64,000 nucleotides of DNA from sequence record PQ287644.1, one strand, 5' to 3'. The position numbers and the translations under genes were made by a program. The notes under the pieces were generated by a model. That model was not told where the DNA came from and did no database searches. It saw only the letters and a list, made by a program, of their open reading frames with translations. Position 1 is the first letter of the stretch, and each line of letters opens with the position of its first letter. Positions 38,272-48,283 of the stretch are shown in pieces.

Positions 38272-38648
38272 CCTATTCCTGCAACCCTCACAGCCGTACT
38301 GTTAAGTCCCAGAACATCAGAACCCCCGGAATGGAGTTTTTGCGTCAGAAATTCATCCTGAAGATTCTGGTAACCGAACGGGTTCGATGCTTCATGGATG
38401 AAGTGAACTTTGATATGTCGGGTGAATTTATCCGTAAGTTCATTACAGTGCCTCCGGAGTATACGGAACCTGAAACCATCGAACAGTACATCCAAACCGA
38501 AGTCCTGGACATCATGGAAGCGTTTAAGCAGTATGAGGAGAACGCAGTGTACCAGGAGGATTTAAAAGCCCTGTTGCCGTATAAAGGTCACCGGTGGCAT
38601 CTGGTGTCTTCAACAGACTCCGGAGTCCTGATTACAGTCGAGGCGTAG
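38268..38648 (+). CDS. Hypothetical protein
   Basis: 126-aa ORF; the true start may be downstream. Confidence 0.6.
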   Translation: MTYSCNPHSRTVKSQNIRTPGMEFLRQKFILKILVTERVRCFMDEVNFDMSGEFIRKFITVPPEYTEPETIEQYIQTEVLDIMEAFKQYEENAVYQEDLKALLPYKGHRWHLVSSTDSGVLITVEA

Positions 38649-38653
38649 GGTGT

Positions 38654-39133
38654 ATGAAGTCTGTTATCATTAACCTCGATCCTGATACCCGAGCGGAGCT
38701 GTATGCGGATGTTTCCAATACACTCATGGATTTCATCCTGATAGAAGCCTTAACGATCGCCTTAAAGGACTATTCGTCATCCGTAGAAACGCTCCAAGAC
38801 GCTATAGCCGATCCTGAATACTACAAAAATGATCCGGATACGAACATTGAACAGTCAATTGAATTACTGCTCGATGTACTGAAAGAGCTAGACCGACAGG
38901 ACGGAGAAGATGTTGAGTCTCCCTTCTACGACGTGTCCAGTTATTCGGATTGGCTCAGGGATAAACTGTGTTTAGCCATTAGCTCCATAACAGATGCTAA
39001 TAGCCCCTTGGATTTCATGATGTTGAATGATGTCCTCACTCTTCCTGAACTCAGTAAACAGTTCAACTTCCAAGGGAAACACCTGAATAACCGTGTTGTC
39101 ATGTTGCTAACCGGAGTCGATGACCATCTCTAG
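38654..39133 (+). CDS. Hypothetical acidic protein
   Basis: AGGG RBS before MKSVII at 38654. Confidence 0.65.
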   Translation: MKSVIINLDPDTRAELYADVSNTLMDFILIEALTIALKDYSSSVETLQDAIADPEYYKNDPDTNIEQSIELLLDVLKELDRQDGEDVESPFYDVSSYSDWLRDKLCLAISSITDANSPLDFMMLNDVLTLPELSKQFNFQGKHLNNRVVMLLTGVDDHL

Positions 39134-39145
39134 ACAGTACACATA

Positions 39146-39179
39146 TACTACCTCCCTTCCGCAAGGAAGGGAGGTAGTA
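39146..39179. terminator. Bidirectional terminator
   Basis: tactacctcccttcc-gcaa-ggaagggaggtagta, a 15-bp stem with a GNRA loop. Confidence 0.85.
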
Positions 39180-39196
39180 GTCGTTTATTTATTTAT

Positions 39197-40498
39197 TTAT
39201 TTCAATGCCATCTCCAAGTCTAAGAGGTTCGTACGGCTGCCCGCTGTGTGGTGTGCCTTCATGCGCTGCAATAAAAATGCAGTAGGAATCAAGACCACTT
39301 CAGAGCTGAGACGATGCCCTAAAGCCCCTAGACCTTCCCCACAACAGGTCTTACAGTAGTAACCGTCCTTTAGGGTACAGAACTGAGGGACTCTGGCTTG
39401 TACGGGTTTATTAACGTAGCGATCCAGGTTTTCAGCGGTGAGCTGTACCAGGACTTTCCCATCCTGGATCCACGTTCCTACCCAGTATCCTTTATTGGTT
39501 GGGAGGATCGTAACGGTTTCGGTCACCGGGGTACCACAATCCACGATATCCTCGCTAACGGCTGTGCGGCCTATTAGACGCAACGTTTCCTTAACCCTAG
39601 CCCCACCTTCACCGGTGGACATAGAACGGCTGTAAGAGCCCTCTACGGCCGTGTTAATGTAGTCTGCCAAGAAGTTCGGATCCCAACCCTCCGCCAGGGA
39701 GTTAGGGAGCAGTACCCAACCGTCTCCTGAAGCATTGGGTTCAATACCGAAGGAAATGAACATCCGTTTACGCGAGTTGTCAATAAACTTCTTTGCAATA
39801 AAGAACTTACGACTAGGACCAGACATCACGATCTTCATGTCCAGCGCCACACACTGATCAATAATCGAGGTAGCAACAACCGGATCATTGAGTTCGTCTT
39901 TATGCTCTTTAAAGAGACGATCCCTGAGTTTAATGACTTCAGGACTCACCGTTAGGGCATCTACACCACCCGGTTTAATGAAGTGAGACCCTAACCCTTC
40001 CAGGAACTGGCAGTTATGGGAGAACTTCAAACACTGGTCTACACTCGCCTTCCCTTCAGGTACTGTTTCCCCCGGTGGGGGATTATCCACCATGAGAGTA
40101 CTCAAGATCTTCAAGATAACCGGTTTAGTGAACTCCTGGTTAAGGTAGGGTTGGGTCTTCCCGAAGCATTCCCAGAAGAGGATAACGTTGAAGAGTAAGA
40201 GTCCAAAGGTAGTCGTGACCGCTTTACCTTGCAACACGGGATGGAAGTCTCCCGGGAGTTCCAGGATTTCATCCATGTAGAACAGGGGTTCATTCACCTC
40301 CCCATTTACGGTATGGGTAGAACCCTCTACCACGACATTGAACCGATTATCCTCCACAAAGACAGCGTAGGGGTATTTCTTGAACTGTCCAGAGGAATCT
40401 TCGTCTTCAAACTGGATAGTAATAATCGATTGAATAGCCGCCTTTTCGTTATAGGCTCGGTTATTCAGAAAGAGTTTAAGGTAGTCGAGTTTAGTCAT
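39197..40498 (-). CDS. rpoC: Virion RNAP beta' fragment (phiKZ gp80-like)
   Basis: GEGG...L (bridge-helix region), DCGT and PQFC...YYCKTCCG Zn site. Confidence 0.85.
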   Translation of the reverse strand: MTKLDYLKLFLNNRAYNEKAAIQSIITIQFEDEDSSGQFKKYPYAVFVEDNRFNVVVEGSTHTVNGEVNEPLFYMDEILELPGDFHPVLQGKAVTTTFGLLLFNVILFWECFGKTQPYLNQEFTKPVILKILSTLMVDNPPPGETVPEGKASVDQCLKFSHNCQFLEGLGSHFIKPGGVDALTVSPEVIKLRDRLFKEHKDELNDPVVATSIIDQCVALDMKIVMSGPSRKFFIAKKFIDNSRKRMFISFGIEPNASGDGWVLLPNSLAEGWDPNFLADYINTAVEGSYSRSMSTGEGGARVKETLRLIGRTAVSEDIVDCGTPVTETVTILPTNKGYWVGTWIQDGKVLVQLTAENLDRYVNKPVQARVPQFCTLKDGYYCKTCCGEGLGALGHRLSSEVVLIPTAFLLQRMKAHHTAGSRTNLLDLEMALK

Positions 40499-41394
40499 GG
40501 GAGTTCCACTCGCTGAATAAGGTCTTCAATACGGGTCAATGTCAGAGGGTCTTCAATGACCGAATAGAGGTATTGGGTCATCTTATCCTTAAGCCATTCG
40601 TTATTGATTTCAGACACCAGGAAGAACCCAATGACCTCCTTGGCATACTGAAGGGTGCTGTCTTCCGTTTGTTGGGCCAGGAGAACCTCCAGGTTACGGC
40701 TGTAGAAACTCAGGAAACTCTTTACACTCCCTCCCAGTTGTCCGTTCTTCTTAACGTGTTCAAAGGCCAGAGTTCCTTCAATAAGGGTTGCATTCGCCCG
40801 AATACGCTGTTCAATAGGGGTGGGAACGTTCTCAATCTCCTCGGGGTTAAAGAGAGCGTCCTTAATGGCTTTAAGGGTGACTTCTGAAACATCCTCAATA
40901 AAGGTTTCGTACTCTGATAGGTCGAGGTCTTCACCCAGGTAAAGTTGCATCACCAGGAACAGTCGGTTCACAGGGGGGATGTCATACGCCTCCAAGACGT
41001 GTTTAAGACCAATCAGGTCTTCATACTCCTGCAACTCCATAAAGAACGACAACAACCGAGTTAAAGCAGGGAGGTTGTCTTCACCCAGGAAATCGTGATT
41101 GAAAACGAACCCTAGCTGTTCCAGCACATCGATTATATTGGTCGTTAGGATCAAATACACCTGATGCTTCTTAGCTGGGATTTCCAAGGCTTCATTAATC
41201 AACAGATCAGTCAGTTGACTGGGCATCAAGGACTCAGGTTGACTGAGCATAATTAAATTAAACGATTCATCCAATTCTTTAGCCTGATTGGCGGGTATGG
41301 CGTTCCGGAGTTCTGACCAGAGACCCCCTACCAGGGTGTCAGCCAGGTACACGCCCTCTTCCAGGGTAACAGATTCTTCATGCTCAATAATCAT
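40495..41394 (-). CDS. Conserved protein, probably virion-associated
   Basis: Start MIIEHE at 41394 with GAGAG RBS; overlaps the vRNAP gene start by 4 nt. Confidence 0.7.
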   Translation of the reverse strand: MIIEHEESVTLEEGVYLADTLVGGLWSELRNAIPANQAKELDESFNLIMLSQPESLMPSQLTDLLINEALEIPAKKHQVYLILTTNIIDVLEQLGFVFNHDFLGEDNLPALTRLLSFFMELQEYEDLIGLKHVLEAYDIPPVNRLFLVMQLYLGEDLDLSEYETFIEDVSEVTLKAIKDALFNPEEIENVPTPIEQRIRANATLIEGTLAFEHVKKNGQLGGSVKSFLSFYSRNLEVLLAQQTEDSTLQYAKEVIGFFLVSEINNEWLKDKMTQYLYSVIEDPLTLTRIEDLIQRVELP

Positions 41395-41439
41395 TGGGTT
41401 AACTCTCGTAAAGTGCGTTTCCAAAGGGAATCATAGCAT

Positions 41440-42309
41440 ATGTCGACTAAACAGCAACAGCGTCGGGTTAAGAAACTCAATAAGCGCAAGCAAGTGAGTA
41501 AACAAAAACAACGGGCTAAGAACATCCAGGACGCTTACCTCCGACAGGACTTTGGTAAAGGCTACCAGGGGGAGGCCCTGAGTAAAGATGCCTTGTACGA
41601 TAAGGTCAGGGGTGAAAACAAAGCCTTCTCGGTGCGTGACCTTATTAATAACCGTCAACGTCTGGCTGAGCTGGCTGAACAGATGAAGCTGACGGGTGAT
41701 GAGGACATCCCTCAGCTCTTCAGTGGGGAAGAACTCCTCAACGCCATCAATGACATGATTACCGTCACCATTAAGCTCCACAGTGGGGTGATTGTGTACA
41801 ACCGTCTGGCTGAAGAACGCCGCTTCGACATCAGTGAGGACGACCGTACCTTACTGGAGAACTACGAACGCAAAGTGGTGGAGTTTGCGGAAGATGTCTC
41901 AGTCGTTACGACCCTGCATGAAGCGGGTCAACAACCCGAGGACTACTTTGAAGTCGTCCTTAACCTGGCCGATGTCATGGCAGCCCTCAGTGAGGAGTTT
42001 GGGGAACCGGTTCTGGATCTCATTACCCAACAGGGTGATCTGATCGAAGCCTATGCCGTTGAACACAAACCTGAAGGACTGTCTGTCTACGATTACATGT
42101 GTCAACTTCATAGTGAACGTATTACGGTTATCCAACAGTTGTACGGTGAGAGCCGGCTGAATGACGTCTTTAACGAATTGCACACCCTGGAGCAGGAACT
42201 CCCAGATTCCCCTGAAGAGATCCCAGGTGATAACCTCCCCTTCCCTGAGAAGGAAGAGGTTGGCGAATTCATCGCTATTTCCAACGATCCTGTCATTAAC
42301 CCCCAGTAA
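41440..42309 (+). CDS. Hypothetical protein
   Basis: 289 aa with a basic N-terminus and acidic C-terminus. Confidence 0.7.
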   Translation: MSTKQQQRRVKKLNKRKQVSKQKQRAKNIQDAYLRQDFGKGYQGEALSKDALYDKVRGENKAFSVRDLINNRQRLAELAEQMKLTGDEDIPQLFSGEELLNAINDMITVTIKLHSGVIVYNRLAEERRFDISEDDRTLLENYERKVVEFAEDVSVVTTLHEAGQQPEDYFEVVLNLADVMAALSEEFGEPVLDLITQQGDLIEAYAVEHKPEGLSVYDYMCQLHSERITVIQQLYGESRLNDVFNELHTLEQELPDSPEEIPGDNLPFPEKEEVGEFIAISNDPVINPQ

Positions 42310-42321
42310 GGGACTGTTTGT

Positions 42322-44045
42322 ATGTCTGAGAATGTAACCCCGAACGAAAACCCTGAACTGACTCCCCCTTCGGAGTTGAGCAAAGCCGTTGAACAAACGA
42401 TTCCCAAAACGGAGCCTTCCAGCCACTTTGGCTTCATGGATACCCACACGCCTCAGAATACACCCATGAAGGAGGTGGTGGAGCCGCTCAACCCCATTAC
42501 CAAAGAACTGGTTGAAGACGATCGAGCTAGGGGTTCACCAGTATCTTCCTGGGGGTTGGTAAAGAAGAGAATGAGAAAGCGGCTGAACTGATTACCAACT
42601 GGAGTGCGTGGAATACGTTCAAAGAATTGAATAAGGTAGGGGAGGTTTCCCCAACGGTCTTTGCATCGGCTAAGCAAGACTGGGATGCCTTTGTTCAAGA
42701 GAACTACCCGGATGTGAATCCCAGTGAGTTGGAGAAGACCGCTAGTGATCTGTTCAAGTTCATGAACAGTCTTCAGGAGAACCTCCAACTTCGTACCCGC
42801 ATGGTGCGGGAAGAGAATATTACCAACGCCTCGCGTCGGTGTGATAAACTCACCACGACCGATATCGTGGGTAAAACCCCGTCGGTGAATAAGAAAGGGT
42901 TGAGTATTGCAGATCGCATGATTCGCTCGACCATTCGTTCGTCGGGGGGTGTATACCAGTATAACCAACTGCTGCGTAATTCGTTCCTGAGTATTACGTG
43001 GGAACGTCCTCAGAAGCTGGAAGTCGCCGATCTCATCAACAACATTAACCGCCGTATTCGGGGGTATGTACGGCGGGTCGGTGGGAACGCCATGGCGTTG
43101 TCTTACATTGCGGGGTATATTGAGATCTGGGATTGGTTGAAGCCCCGCTTGGTCAGCAGCAGTGTCAAAGGCCTGGCGGATTTCGATGACCTCAGCAAGG
43201 TGATCCGTATTACGGACATGCCGGTGATCTGTGCAGGTCTCTTGGCGTCGATCACGGATGACGGCGTCCAAATGGACCTCCGCTGCATGAACCCCAGCTG
43301 TGACTGGTATCAGTTCGATCTCATTGATCCGACTAAGTTGGTGCAGCGTCGTCCGTCAATTGAAACCGATGAAGAAGCCGCTTTCTTTGGTAATATCTTC
43401 AGTGGGCGTGAACAACATACCGTTGATGAAATCCTCAAGATGATCGAACAGTCCACCTACGGGATGGACAATCGGTACGTGTACAACGAGGATCAATCCA
43501 TTCGTCTGAAAGTAGGACCTCCCAGTCTGTCGGATGCCTTCGCTACCTTCGACTATTTCGTAGGGCGGGTGGATAAGCAGTTGGCGGATATTAACAACAA
43601 GGTCAACACGGAACAAGACCTGGAAGAGCAACGTCTCCTTCTGCTTAACAGCTTGAGTGGGGCGGAGTACATGCACTGGGTGGAAGAGTTCGCCATCATG
43701 CCACCTCCGGGTGAGGACAGTGAACCCCAGATCATTAAGCGGGCCAAGGAAGACCCTAACGAGTTCAATAAAGGTCTTATGGACTCCCTGCTGACCGATG
43801 AGGTGATGAATAAGAACTTGGTGTTGTTCGTCTACAATAAAGCGCCTTATCTGACTCGGACCTTTATTGGTGTCCGTAACTTCGTGTGTCCGAAGTGCGG
43901 TACGGAGTCGGATGCTCACCAAGAGGATCGTAAACTCGGGTATACCCCGATCGATGCCTTTATGAGTTTTTTTATCCATTCCCAGCTGATGTTGATGAAT
44001 CTGGCGATGGAGCGTCAAAAGGTAAACAACGAAGCCCTCTCCTGA
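42322..44045 (+). CDS. Zn-ribbon protein (about 574 aa; possible baseplate hub or tail chaperone), frame broken at 42530-42533
   Basis: The 89-aa and 472-aa ORFs join by a -1 shift at aGGGGt; the downstream frame is open from 42531. CMNPSC and CPKCG motifs. Confidence 0.65.
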
Positions 44046-44515
44046 TTGGCGGTAAAGCGATTCACAATCCGGAGTTCTCGGCGGTTTACTTAAACCTCCA
44101 GAAGCAAGATCTCAGTGGTCTCAAGGAAGAGACTATCCTGTTGAACAACCAAGCGTTGCATGACATCAACATGGGATATGTCTCACCCCGTAATCTCCCC
44201 CCTCACCAATCGATTAAGTTCTTTCCGTCTGAAACCCGGTATTACCACCCCTTCTCGTATGAGAGTATAGGAGAGTATTACGGGACTTTTCGGCTGGATG
44301 AATACCTGCCCTTAAAGGATTACCTGGAATTGCCCGCTAACTGTGCAGACACGTTGGTTAAGGCCGTTCAAAAGGGACGGGAAAAACGGTTGGCAATGGA
44401 GAAAGAACATCTGAAGGAAGAGGAAGAGAAACAGGCGAAGAGTGGGGGTAAACGAACCGCCTCGGACTCGGTTTCTATGGATGCATTACTGGATCAATTG
44501 TCTAAACTTCGTTAA
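44042..44515 (+). CDS. Downstream ORF without a canonical start (CTG start or -1 frameshift extension)
   Basis: Frame open from 43934; no ATG until 44171; T TTT TTT slippery site at 43967-43973; CTGA overlaps the upstream stop. Confidence 0.6.
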   Translation: MIGGKAIHNPEFSAVYLNLQKQDLSGLKEETILLNNQALHDINMGYVSPRNLPPHQSIKFFPSETRYYHPFSYESIGEYYGTFRLDEYLPLKDYLELPANCADTLVKAVQKGREKRLAMEKEHLKEEEEKQAKSGGKRTASDSVSMDALLDQLSKLR

Positions 44516-44524
44516 GAGAATGGG

Positions 44525-44553
44525 TAACCTGGGGGGTCTAAGCCCCCAGGTTA
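44525..44553 (+). terminator. Terminator hairpin
   Basis: taacctggggg-gtctaag-cccccaggtta. Confidence 0.7.
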
Positions 44554-44617
44554 TCTTATGACATACATGGTGACACCTCGTCTCTATACCGCTGTCTAAC
44601 TGAAAAGGGCCCTCCTA

Positions 44618-45226
44618 ATGTCCAACGATTACAAAGCACCTGAGGTTACTGACCTCGGTAAGAAAGAAGAAAGTCCGAAGACCCAACCTACGCCTTCCAC
44701 CCCCAATACGGTGGCTAAGGCTCAGGGTGCTAAATTCGAACCCGTACCTCTCCGTATTGGCATTGGCCAAATGGTCAATGGTAAAGGTAATGCGGTCACA
44801 GATATCATGAAAGAACGGATTGACCGTCACCTGACCTACCTGGCCGGTAAGAAAGGCTTCACCAGTGATACCGAACGGGAGGATGAACAAACCTCCTTTA
44901 TCGAGATCATTGGTTCTACACTGACCCTTCCGTTTCCCCAGTACGTCATCGTTACTGACTACCTGTTGGCGGTTATCCGGGAGAACCGGGAAATCTTTGC
45001 CAACGGTACGGCATTCCGCTTTACCTACAAGCTCCGTAAGGAGTACCCGATAGAGAACGTTAAACTCTATCACACCTACATGACCTTCCTGACGTTCATC
45101 GCGAGTAACTGGGAAGCTCGTCATCGCCTTAACCGCATCATTGATCTGGGAACGGCTATCCGCGATCTTCCTCGTAGGGGCAAAGAGAACGTCACCCAGT
45201 ACTTTAATAAGCTGCAAAACGTTTAA
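44618..45226 (+). CDS. Hypothetical protein, probably virion
   Basis: 202-aa ORF with a Pro/Thr-rich N-terminus. Confidence 0.7.
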   Translation: MSNDYKAPEVTDLGKKEESPKTQPTPSTPNTVAKAQGAKFEPVPLRIGIGQMVNGKGNAVTDIMKERIDRHLTYLAGKKGFTSDTEREDEQTSFIEIIGSTLTLPFPQYVIVTDYLLAVIRENREIFANGTAFRFTYKLRKEYPIENVKLYHTYMTFLTFIASNWEARHRLNRIIDLGTAIRDLPRRGKENVTQYFNKLQNV

Positions 45227-45252
45227 TTTCCCTTAGACTCTTTATCCAAGGA

Positions 45253-46338
45253 ATGCTTCCAATGGACAGTGTTGTACTTACCGAAGAAGACGGTAATGGC
45301 TATGAAATCCCAGATCTCCCTCATATCGGGATTGTGTATGATGCGCTCAACGATACCCTGGATCAAGTGGATCGGGGCGTTGCAGGCACGGAAAGCCTGA
45401 CTGCCTCCCAACAGTACCTGGTGGGTGTACTCAGTGCGAACCGACCTGGTTACTCGGTGACCGGTAACGAAGGCTTTATGGCCAATATCGGTGCAGGTCT
45501 TAAAGCCGCGTATGAGTACGTGGTGAAGATGTTCAAGAGTCTCTGGGACTTCTTCTTCAAGCGGGATGTGTCTCAGAAGACCTCGGATGCTAAGAAGGAG
45601 ATTGATGACCTCCAGACAAAACTGGAGGTGGTTCAGACCGGGGGTAAGACGGAAGCGGAAACCCAGGAAGCCCTGCACTCCATGAAGGCCCAGGTTAAGG
45701 AACAGGCCCAATCTAGCTTTAAGATCGACGGGGTAGACGCAGAAGAATGGGTGGAGAAACAGGCGAAGACTTCTGCTACCCATGAAGAGAAGAAAGCCGC
45801 GGTTAAGACCCTGGCTCGAGAGCTTCCCAAGGTCAACACTCGGGGTAAGAAACGCCTCCAAGGTGTCATTGAGCGGATGATCAAAACCCAGCAATATTTG
45901 GTCAGTGTGATTGATGTCGCTGATAAAGAAGCCCGAGAAACCCTGAATGAAAACCTCATGCGGGTAACGGACTCCATGAAACTCCTCCGCACCAATGTTC
46001 ATCAGTCTACCGAGCAGCTGAGTCGAGTGAAAGACGTTAAAGACCTGACGGCTGTTCACAACGTCATGAACGGTGTTATTAAAGAGATCGATACCTTTAA
46101 GAATGCTGCTCAGGCTGTACAGAGTGTTCGCAGCAAAATGGCTGACATGATTAAGACCGTCGAACAGCAATTGGCTGAGGTGGCTAAAGGTGGAGGTGAT
46201 ACCAAAGCGACTCAAGCAGCGCTGGATGAACTCCGCAAGATCATGAACTTCCTGGTTAAATGCGGTAAATGTATTACTAACATCATTGAAGACAGTGTGA
46301 AGCTCCAGAAAGCCTTTAATGGTGTCTTCGGGCTGTAA
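45253..46338 (+). CDS. Internal head protein paralog
   Basis: G-N-E|G site followed by the amphipathic helix FMANIG...LWDFFF that is shared with downstream head proteins. Confidence 0.7.
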   Translation: MLPMDSVVLTEEDGNGYEIPDLPHIGIVYDALNDTLDQVDRGVAGTESLTASQQYLVGVLSANRPGYSVTGNEGFMANIGAGLKAAYEYVVKMFKSLWDFFFKRDVSQKTSDAKKEIDDLQTKLEVVQTGGKTEAETQEALHSMKAQVKEQAQSSFKIDGVDAEEWVEKQAKTSATHEEKKAAVKTLARELPKVNTRGKKRLQGVIERMIKTQQYLVSVIDVADKEARETLNENLMRVTDSMKLLRTNVHQSTEQLSRVKDVKDLTAVHNVMNGVIKEIDTFKNAAQAVQSVRSKMADMIKTVEQQLAEVAKGGGDTKATQAALDELRKIMNFLVKCGKCITNIIEDSVKLQKAFNGVFGL

Positions 46339-46349
46339 CCCTGGTAACC

Positions 46350-46389
46350 CTTACTACCCCTCTCCCCGTGAAGGGAGAGGGGTAGTAAG
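46350..46389. terminator. Bidirectional terminator
   Basis: cttactacccctctccc-cgtgaa-gggagaggggtagtaag, a 17-bp stem. Confidence 0.85.
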
Positions 46390-46394
46390 GTCTA

Positions 46395-48199
46395 TTATGC
46401 GGTGTCTCGCACAGGTTCTTCCGTATCGATGTTAATACGAGATTTACGGTTACGAGCGTTCGCTTGCATTTCCTTAAGCAGTTCCTCTCGACCTGTTTCC
46501 ACCATTAACCGTTCAAACTCATCCTTCAATTGATCTAATTGAGGGAATCTAAACAAATCATGGCATAATCCAATAGCGTTCGCTTCTGCACTGCTCGCAA
46601 AGTTCACCCCAATCTGTCTGAACTTATTGCCGTCAGCGCCTTGAATCCGAAACACTTCCATTTGTGTGGTACGATTCCCGACGTTCAATGCCAAGGTCGC
46701 GTGAGGGTACGCGCCTTCAACATCGATATCGGATGAATCTGTACGCCCGGTACTATACACATCAGCGAGTCCGTGGAAGAGCGGAGCACCGACATCCGCA
46801 TTCTTCTCGGTATCGAGTAATGCAATCCAGTTTGACAACGGAGGTAGTTTATCAATAATGGATTGATCGCGTTTACGAGGGGTACTCCCCACACAAACCC
46901 ATACCGGCGTGCAAAGAAACTCAAGGTATCACTGACCAACTTGGGTTGAGAGACGTAGTTAAAATATTCTGAATACTTCAACAACATAGGAAGTGACAAT
47001 GACAAGTCATTGGTCTTCTCATTGATCTCTTCAATAACGAAGTCATCCCCAATGTTGTACATGCAATACAGATACGGCCATTTCCGTTGCATGTAACGGT
47101 GCCACTGAGGCGTACCCGGTCGGATATGAGCACCTTCTTCGGTATACAGTTTACCCGGTACGTTCACATGCTTCGCTGCTCCTTCTAACGAAACATCAGG
47201 AAGTTTACCTTCAGACGGTTGACGCTTAATGCAGAAGAACGACATCGCGTCTAACCATTGCCAGGTGGCCATGGTTCGAACAGTGGGCCATTTCTCTTGA
47301 GGTTCCAAGGGCATTTTAGAACCGTCTTCCTTGACTTTGTGGGTTCTCCCTAAGTTCAGCTCGTAATACCGAAATTCCTTAGGAATACTGGGATCGCAAT
47401 ACACATCCTCCAATCGATACCCTTCATTCCTAAGGGCTTCCTCATTCTTGGTCATGTCGTATTCAGCATTCCAACTGGCGACCCAGTCCGGTTGCCATTC
47501 GTGCATCTTGTTGATACACGCCACCACCACTTGACCTGGGGTATCAAAGAGTTCGTATTGAACCACACACTGACGCCGTTTAAGGTGTTCACTCAACCAC
47601 TTGCCTTCAGCGTCTTTAAGGTGCTTAAGAATCGTGGCGTCATCCGGTTCTTTAAACCAACTCCGTACGGCTGCAAAATACGCCTTACGCTTCATGGTAA
47701 CCGAGGCCATCATAATGGGGTTACCGGGAGCATCCATGTCGGTTTCAACGTCGTACGCTGCTACGGTAAAGGGTTCCTTCTCCTGATGTTCTCCATATTT
47801 CTTAAAGAACTGGTGTTTAATGTGCACCGGAGGGGTTTGGTCTAAGCCGAAGACGTAAGGACTTTCTTTAGCTTCCGCTAGACTGGCTTTATAATCTGCT
47901 CGTCCATAGAGCTGTTTAATCACATTAAAGGCAATCTGTGCCCGGGGAGCCTTGTACTCCCGACACCAGGATTCTTCAATGTAATCTTTATGCTGTTTGT
48001 ACTTCCGTTTGTTCTCTTTAACAATGTAGTACGGTTGCTTATAATCCTTAATCGAAATAAACGATTGACTTCGACCACCATCTTCATGAATATTGGTGAT
48101 CTTTACACACGTTAAATCACTGCCCCTGTTGAACCTGCTGACCGAGTAATTACTGTGTTTGCAGACTTTAGCGACAATGGGTGAAGTATTCTCGACCAT
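46395..48199 (-). CDS. Family B DNA polymerase exonuclease/motif-A subunit (phiKZ gp82-like), frame broken at 46887-46890
   Basis: ExoI YDVETD, ExoII WNAEYD, ExoIII YNIGD and motif A DVEGAYP. The two ORFs join as FVWG|STPRKRD if one G is added. Confidence 0.85.
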
Positions 48200-48283
48200 T
48201 CCTTAACCCTGCATTTTATGATTGCTTTGGAGACTATACCAATAGGGGTATAGGTCGGTATTTACAGTAGGAGTAACCCGTTA

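Noticed and set aside
42322-42591. 89-aa ORF as an independent gene
   Set aside because: Better explained as the N-terminus of the 42627-44045 ORF across a one-base gap in a G-run; the downstream ORF has only a TTG start, and its frame is open further upstream.
46395-46892. 165-aa ORF as a separate gene
   Set aside because: Carries polB motif A and continues the exonuclease gene across a one-base gap.
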